Shown here: one piece after another, positions 57,001 to 64,000 of the stretch
Position numbering within the stretch: position 1 is the stretch's first letter
Layout: each line of letters starts with the position of its first letter
Assembly: GCA_030704615.1 (NCBI GenBank)
Contig: CM060732.1
Location: 31,682,001-31,746,000 of the forward strand
Reading direction: 5' to 3'
Length of the DNA: 64,000 nt
Source: Takakia lepidozioides
Taxonomy: Eukaryota > Plantae > Bryophyta
Notes under the pieces: generated by a model
Seen by the model: the letters and a program-made list of their open reading frames with translations, nothing else
The model's database searches: none
What the model was told of the DNA's origin: nothing
Translations under genes and position numbers: made by a program

Positions 57001-60000
57001 ATTCGTAGTAGATGGTGACTGACTGTGTTGCCAAGTCACAGGGTGTCCAAGTGGCTGGATGCTATGCTCCTTCACATGGGTCTGACACTGCACTTTCTGC
57101 TATCATGCAGGTACTACAACTATAGTTCTGTCCTCTTTTAGAACGGTGTTCTCTATAGTTTATAGCTTCACGTGAACTTTTCCCTTGAGGGGGGAATGAC
57201 ATAGACACAGCTAAAGTCGGAGGAAATCACGTCATAGAGAGCTAGAAGCGCTGGACATGTCAAGTGAGTTTCCATTATAGATGTATCTGGAGACGTACAT
57301 AGGTAGAGCCAAAGGCAAAAGACAGACTGAGAGAATGGTAAGAGCCATCAAAGCCATGGGGAGACACTGCAGCCGACACAGAAACACAAGTCATTTATAA
57401 TTTGTGGAGCCTACATTCACTTCTCCTCTTAACTAATTGACAATTTGACAACTGCAGGTTCTGCTCCGATGTTGCATTCTCTCTCCATTGGTGTGTGATG
57501 TTCTGGCAGGCATTCCCATACAAGAGCCACCCTCTCGGAGCCCAACGAGTGGAGGTGGGGATGGTACTGCAGTGGGTGCCATTTTCAGAGTTCTGTCAGT
57601 TCATAGCTCCCCAGTCATAGCAACTGCCAATGGGGAAAAGACAGGCCCAGGCACATTGAAGGAAATGGATATAATCAGCAAGACAGGGACAACTGAGGTT
57701 CTTATCACCCAGGCATGCCTGACCCTCTCAGCTATTGCACAGGGACTAGCTGTCAGGGGCCGACGTGGGGCGTCATGTATGCTCACAGGCTCACAGCCAA
57801 AACAGCGAGCCCGACTGGCAGCATTGGCCCAACAAGCCTCGACAGACAGTATACCTGGAGACTCTCTCCCCACCCCACAATGCGCAGCTGCCCAGCTGGC
57901 ATTGTCATCCATACTGGCACTTGAGCAGGGGCTGGACACACTTGGTGGAGGAGCTTCATGGGCAGCTGAAACTGCCCTCTCTTTACTCCCCTCTTTCTCC
58001 ACCCTCCACAATTTCCTGAAGATTCCCTACATAAATAGTCAAACAGCTGCCTCAATTCACAATGATGAGCAGAATGTATCTGGCAGAACTGCTGGGATGT
58101 TGACTAGTTGGCATGGTATCAGAGACGGGTGTGTAGGCATCCTTGAAGCCAGGCTCAGGTGGGGTGGGGTTAGCGCTACTGAACAAGGGTGTACTCTGGG
58201 GTTCCCTCTTCTTCTGGTAATGCTGCTTGCTGGAGGCTTGAAATGTGTAGAGGATTGCGATGAGCCTACTGGGCTGGGGGAGGACATAATTGGACTGTCC
58301 CCCATTGGTGTGACTTGGGGAGTCTCTTCCATTGCCCGTACTCTCCCGGCGGGAGGTTACCGGGATGTTTTGTTCCGACGGGAACCCTTGCTTGCCTTGC
58401 TGAGTTTGATTGACAGAGTGCATCTCTCGCACCTCCAGCTCTGGGAAGGGAATGGGGGCGGTGGAGAAGGCTTACGGACAATTGTTGATGGGGTTGTTAG
58501 TGTGTTGGAGTTTCCCTTTCTGCAGCTACAATCTGCTCCAGGGTCTCCGTCAGCCTCAGCTTCGGTACTTAGTGTGCCTGTTCTGGGGACCTGCGCACCT
58601 GGTGGGAGAGGGGGGGTTGACCCAGGGGGGGAGCTCGCCAAAGCCATGACTGCCAGCATGCCACAATATTGGCAACTTTTGCAAGAGGTGCGTGCAGTAT
58701 ATTGCTATGTTTTGTTAGCCTTCCCTCTTTGCCTTTTTCTTCCTGCTGAACTACTTGTCATCTGTTTCTCACCTTGGGTAAAACTCTGAGCATTTGAGCA
58801 TTACCCTTTGCTGTCTATCAACCCAGGTTACTAATCTTTATTGAAGGTTCTCATCCTCTTCATTTCTTGAAAGGTATGAATTTGACAGAACATGCTGAAA
58901 TTGGAGATGCTTTCTCATAGGTCTTCCATGCTGTGAAAACATATACAGGTGCATGCTGCAGCACCTCTTGTGCGATGCTTGGATCTTCTGAGCATGGATG
59001 ATGTGGGGAGACCAGTTGGGCTGATAACAAGAATGGTTCAGAGTTCCAGGCTCCTGGCCACTGAGGTGGTGACAAAGGGTTTCCTTGGGACATCTCTCAT
59101 GGCCAAGCTGCTGCACCCTGCGTCCCCTAGGGATGTCATTCGTGATGTGCTTATGACAGTTTCCAATCTTGCTCGCATGTCCAAGGTAGCCTCTCCCTTT
59201 ATCCAATTCTAGAATACTTAATTTACTCCATGTCATGTGACAAAAGAAAGTGCAGAGTATGTAGACACGTGATTGGAAGCTTTTTGGAGTGGCTGTATCC
59301 ATTATTCAAACATTGTGAAGCTTTTTCTTAAAACAAACTTACAGGTCACAATTTTGCCACATAAATTGCAAATTACATTAGCAAAATACAATCAGATAGA
59401 GCACACTTTCATCCTCATTGAGAAAAACCATTCAGTTCATGTTGGCTGAGAATGAAGTCTCAAACAAATAATGGGTGGCAGGAGTTTTACGAAGCAATAG
59501 GGCAGGCGGACATATGGGAGGCATTGAAGGCATGTCTCGACCACCCAGATGCCAGCATTCGATCCAAGGCCTGTAGTGCCCTCGGCAACATGTGCCGCCA
59601 CACTCCCTTTTTCTATGATGCTCTGGTAACAGTTTGAAATCTATAACTCCAACTCTCCTTGCAGTCTTCCTTCTTGAGGTGCTATTTGTTTTGTATTTTG
59701 AAATGTGGGAACTTGTCAAGTTATAAACAATGGATAATGAAAGCATTTGTCTTGTTTGTGAGCATACTGTCTTTCAGCACATAACTGGACAACAGTGACA
59801 TGGAAATTCTAACCTGCTGTGTCTGCCATCGTCATGCAATTCCTCCAGATCAAACATGACATTGTAAACCTTCTCATTGACCGCTGTGCTGACCCAGACC
59901 GACACACGCGGAAGTTTGCATGCTTCGGGGTACTTTTCCAGCCCGCCAATGACACTGAAACATGCTAGAGAAGAGCTTCCTTATGTAGCCGTTCTTCTGG

Positions 60001-60804
60001 ATGTTCCACATCAGTTTAGAGGGAGAATGGGACAGCGGTCTTGCTAGTGTCACAGTTTGGCAGGAAGAGTAGTGACCAATGTACACATCAGACTGTATTT
60101 GTGGTCTTTAGACGGTGTGGTGAAGACAACCTCACCTAGTCTTTCATGTAACTTGAGATACTAAAGCAAATGACTCTGTGGTCCCTTGGAATGTGGATGT
60201 TTCCATTTTGGGACACAGGTTGGGAATGCTGCATACCACAATGACCATCTCTATGACCAGCTGCAGCGCTGTATCCCCCACCTCACCAACTTGTTACTGA
60301 GTGATGAGGAAGATAAAACCAAGGCAAATGCTGCTGGGGCTCTCAGCAACCTTGTGAGAAACTCCAGCCGACTGTGTGAAGACATAGTCTCCAAAGGGGC
60401 CATGCAGGTCTGCAATTGGTCCCCTTGAATGTCCAAATCTTTGTTTTGTTTCTTGAAGGATTGAAGTTCAGTGGATTCCGAAAATGAACTAATATGAGGT
60501 TGAGGTATTATTTCCAATGGTTTCTAATGGCTGACGGTGTTTGAAAATGCAGGCCTTGTGTCAAGTGATAGCTGACTGTGCGGCTGCCCCCAATAATGGA
60601 CGACGGGAGATGAGCACTGAATCCCCTCTCAAGATTTCTCTTTTCTCACTTGGAAATATGTGCATTCATGGGCCATGCCGACATCACCTCCGGTCACCTG
60701 AGCTTTTCAAAGTGCTCATGAAGCTGAAAAAATCGACCGACCCAACTATTGTGAAATACATCACCCGCATAACCAACAAATTCCCTGATGCTACCACCCG
60801 CTAA
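48036..60804 (+). CDS. TIO: FUSED-family Ser/Thr kinase (TWO-IN-ONE-like) with C-terminal ARM/HEAT repeats; multi-exon
   Basis: [30 protein letters not shown]; VAMKFI; [10 protein letters not shown]; [11 protein letters not shown]; GTPLYMAPE; [12 protein letters not shown]; GNAAYHND; [17 protein letters not shown]; stop TAA 60802-60804. One exon (about 56910-57015) looks frame-disrupted. Confidence 0.93.
49880..50790 (-). mobile_element. Two or three stacked 3' fragments of an RTE-X/L2-like LINE with (ATTTC)n tails
   Basis: [18 protein letters not shown] and [15 protein letters not shown] (ORF2 C-terminus); 3' UTR ending in GAAAT repeats on the plus strand; shorter relatives at about 49390, 54670-54860 and 54900-54960. 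Confidence 0.75.
51177..51248 (-). tRNA. tRNA-like cloverleaf within the TRIM 3' LTR (probably not a functional tRNA)
   Basis: GGACGGG TA GCTC AGTGGTA GAGC A CCCCA CCGGAAT GGGGG AGGTC CTAGG TTCAATC CCTAG CCCGACC A: 72 nt, intact D and T arms, A and B boxes; C33 instead of U33; one acceptor-stem mismatch. Confidence 0.75.
51399..51470 (-). tRNA. tRNA-like cloverleaf within the TRIM 5' LTR
   Basis: Same as 51177-51248 with two extra transitions in the acceptor stem. Confidence 0.7.
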
Positions 60805-62776
60805 TACCCCCTTCCCCGACTCTTCTCCTCGTTAGAAACTGGAAGGTTTATTGCTCAGAGTTGCAGCAAGAACATCCACCGAGTATAGTTCGCCTTCTCT
60901 CTGGTTCCTGCTTTACATGTATAGTGATCTCTGCTTGCATTGATTCATGGTGAGAAACTTCAACTTTTAAGTCATGAAAAGGACTATGGGGCCATAGCCA
61001 ACTAGTTTAGTGCTCTAAACTAGTTTAGTTTACTTCTCTGAACTAAACGCAGTAAATCACCCACGTATATTCTAGTTCATCAGCTCTTGTTGCCTGGGGA
61101 GATTTGCACAGTTCCTTATTACCTATCTCTCTGAATGCACTCCATATCTGATGCCTGTTGGTGATGGCAGAATGGCCTTCATCTAAGCGTTCCTGTGAGG
61201 GAACACTCCAACTTAGAAACGTATTTGCTCGCATTTCCATCTCCGCACAGATTTCATGAGGGGTTATTTGCAGAGTGTGCTTGCACCTTCTTTCTCTTGG
61301 AAGCTCCTGCTCTCAGGTAGGTAGGGTCATACTATTTTTGATGCAAAGAGTACTGCAGGCATTCTGTGTCCTTTGTACCTTCACTGACGTTGAGGTGATT
61401 CCCATTTGGTTTGATGATGCCAAAGCCCTTATAGTACCTTGTGCTAGTACAACAAAAGGTAAAGAGCCTTTGGGGTTTTGCTGATTCCAAGATTTGAAAC
61501 ATCTTCATGACAGTGTACAGTGCTCAAATATGAATTACCCAAGAATCAATCCCTTGGGATTTCGTTGGCGAAGACATCAAGACTCTCACATGTGTATAGA
61601 TGCTCATTACTGCTTGACTCGGGTAGGGTTTGCTTTGTCAAACTTATTAAGTGGGTGGGTACTGCAGTCAAACCTGGATCTAACATTTATACATGATTAT
61701 CAATCTAACGCATAAAGAGGTGAGGAACTTTGATTGAAACATCATTTGCTATACATATGTAACTAAATTTACATTAAACCACACTGCGACTTCATCAAAG
61801 CCCTATCAAATTGAAGGCCAAAGGTCACATTGCAGAGGCAAAAATAGTGCTTTTGTTGGCCCTGCCCGACAGGGTAGGGACTACGCATCAAGTTGGCCAA
61901 AGGCCCTTAACCTTATATCATGGGTTGTTCCCATGAGACTTAATGGGAACATGAAAGTTTCTAGTTCCCAGTTGGGCACATGTTACCCTCATTTTTTCAT
62001 TTTTTCATTTTTTTGTTGGCCTTGACTCCTTGAGCAGTGACTACATTAGAATGCATGCATATGCAGCATCAAGTACCTTATACCTCGAGTGGGTCCCAGC
62101 TGGGCACATGCTCCTTATGTTTTTAATGTGTTCTATTCATGGCTGATTGTCTATGTATATTCATCTACTCATAGATCAAATGATAATATGTGATTACATC
62201 CCAAGTGATCACAGATTCCTCATGTTCTTTATGTGTTCTACTCGAGCCCACAATGCCAAATTTTTTTCCCCCTCATTGCCAAAAAGGCAGGTGATAAGTT
62301 ATGAATGAGGACATAATATAATATGAAAATATATATGTAATATGCTATAATAAACAGTACATATATTTTAGTTTTCTTTTTTCTTTTTTTTTTTTTTTTC
62401 TTTTAAAAAAAAAATAGATACCAGTGGTGTATTGGTATATAACTTAGGAGACTGATATGTGCACGGTATATGCACTGCTATTAAATACCAAATTAGTCAA
62501 CAACAGGGCTTAAGTGTTTGTTAGGCATAACATCAAAACTTCATATCAGTAAAACAAAGGCAGGGCCTCCGTGTATCTCACGGCTTGTTGATCACTTCTC
62601 ACCTCCACTGAGAATCATCTGTCTCTCTGCCCCCGTCATGCCTCCATGGCTCTGAAAGGGCCTCAAGGCTCTTGTTGCCGGGGCTAGTATTTCCCTGGAA
62701 GAGGAAAAACAAAACAGTGCGCTGTTCCCTTTCGTTTAAATAGATCAAAAATGGAACTAAAAACTTAATAGAACTA

Positions 62777-63215
62777 CCGTATTAATTACGAGTATGGGAA
62801 TACTGCGTTGCACAGTCAGCATTTTTTTTGTGAAATTTGGAAACAGCATGACTGGCTACAGAGTTTTGCGAAAAATAGGCATAGATTCTGTTCATCCATT
62901 CAAATTAGGATAGAATCATCTACCTCCATACTTTAATCTATTGTATCATCCATATTTGGAAAATTCATCCATAATTTATTTTGTATTTGGAGAAATTTGG
63001 TGATTTCATCCATGAAAAGACAGGGAATTTGTGACAGAATATTCTTTTTAAAAATACTCATATATGTTTTAAATAGAAGCTTGTTTCTCTGCTTGGCCTT
63101 TGGATGACCAGAGATAATACCGTCGTGGACAACGGATTAGACAATAATTATATTCAAAATGAAATTGCCTGATCAATTCTGTGAATTTTTCAGATTTTGG
63201 CCTAATTGTTGGGAA
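62777..63215. mobile_element. Older fragments of the same Tc1/mariner-like MITE family
   Basis: 62820-63045 is an imperfect reverse complement of 63633-63870; TA|CCGT starts at about 62775 and 63118. Confidence 0.55.
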
Positions 63216-63494
63216 ATTATGGGACCAAAGTGCCTAATGCCCAAAAATTCCACCAAAAAACTTGCAAGCCTCTTCTCATGTTGTTTGTAATAAGATCAAA
63301 ATTTCTTTGAACAAAAATCAATACAAATATATGCGTGCAGAAATAACTTCCCACTAATCGCAATCTATTTGCGAGAGCTCCATGTAACTTTGAAAGGCCC
63401 TTGCATGGACTCCACAATGTCATCATATTCATCATCCTCACTAGTCCTCATGATCTCTCCATCTACCTCGTCCACCACATCGAGATCAGGGATA

Positions 63495-63980
63495 TTGTCC
63501 CTTATCAACCGTTTAGCCATTTTTGTCCTTATCAACCGTTTAGCCATTTTTGCGCCTAATAATTATAAACCAAACGAGTCGGTTAGGCACGTTTCTTGAA
63601 CCATTTCTCACATTAGGCATTTTCATGCTATGAAATATTCTGTTGCAAATTCCCTGTTTTTCCATGGATGAAATAGTCAAATTTCTCCAAATGAAAAATA
63701 AATTATGGATGAATTTGCCAAATATAAATGATATAAATGGATGATATAAATGGATTTATGTAAGGACATGGATGATTCTGTCCTAATTTCAATGGATGAA
63801 CAGAATGTGTGGCTATTTTTTGCCAAACTCTGTAGCCACTCACGCTTTCTTTCAAATTCCAAAAAAAAAAAAAAACAAAAACTGGTTTCCTTGCAATTAG
63901 GCCATTTTGAAAAATTCCCAAAACGCGTTAGGCACTTTCAATTTGAATTAATTATCGCCTAAACGGTTGATAAGGGACGG
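63495..63980. mobile_element. Tc1/mariner-like MITE with TA target duplication
   Basis: Perfect 20-bp inverted repeat GTCCCTTATCAACCGTTTAG (63497-63516 / 63959-63978); TA at 63493-63494 and 63981-63982; joining the flanks restores a minus-strand frame HIENED-IPDLDVVDEVD. Confidence 0.8.
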
Positions 63981-64000
63981 TATCCTCATTTTCAATGTGC

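Noticed and set aside
62820-63870. Mutator element with about 230-bp TIRs
   Set aside because: The right arm lies inside the TA-flanked MITE and there is no 9-bp TSD; better explained as two opposed copies of one family.

Overview
Eukaryotic nuclear DNA from a land plant, most likely a non-seed plant (inferred from the PLS-class PPR genes, the chromoviruses and an intron-rich gene set). The left half (1-32.8 kb) is a nest of transposons. A piggyBac-like element (602-15738, TTAA-flanked) splits a PPR fragment in frame. It carries a full-length chromodomain Ty3/gypsy element (1404-8377, TSD ACTTA) and an ORF1-only LINE-like insertion (12422-15644). Further right are one probable chloroplast membrane-protein gene (17562-20970), two nested hAT MITEs, tandem repeats, a decayed second chromovirus and a second piggyBac-type end (32639). 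The right half is gene-rich: an animal/ciliate-type (antenna-bearing) glutamate dehydrogenase, a TLDc protein, a PPR pseudogene and a FUSED/TWO-IN-ONE kinase. The kinase introns hold LINE 3' fragments and a 368-bp TRIM whose LTRs each contain a complete tRNA-like cloverleaf. The most notable items are the plant piggyBac with almost no terminal inverted repeat, the tRNA-LTR TRIM, the RT-less ORF1-only retroelement and the antenna GDH. All calls were made by eye, with no database searches; exon boundaries are approximate unless stated.
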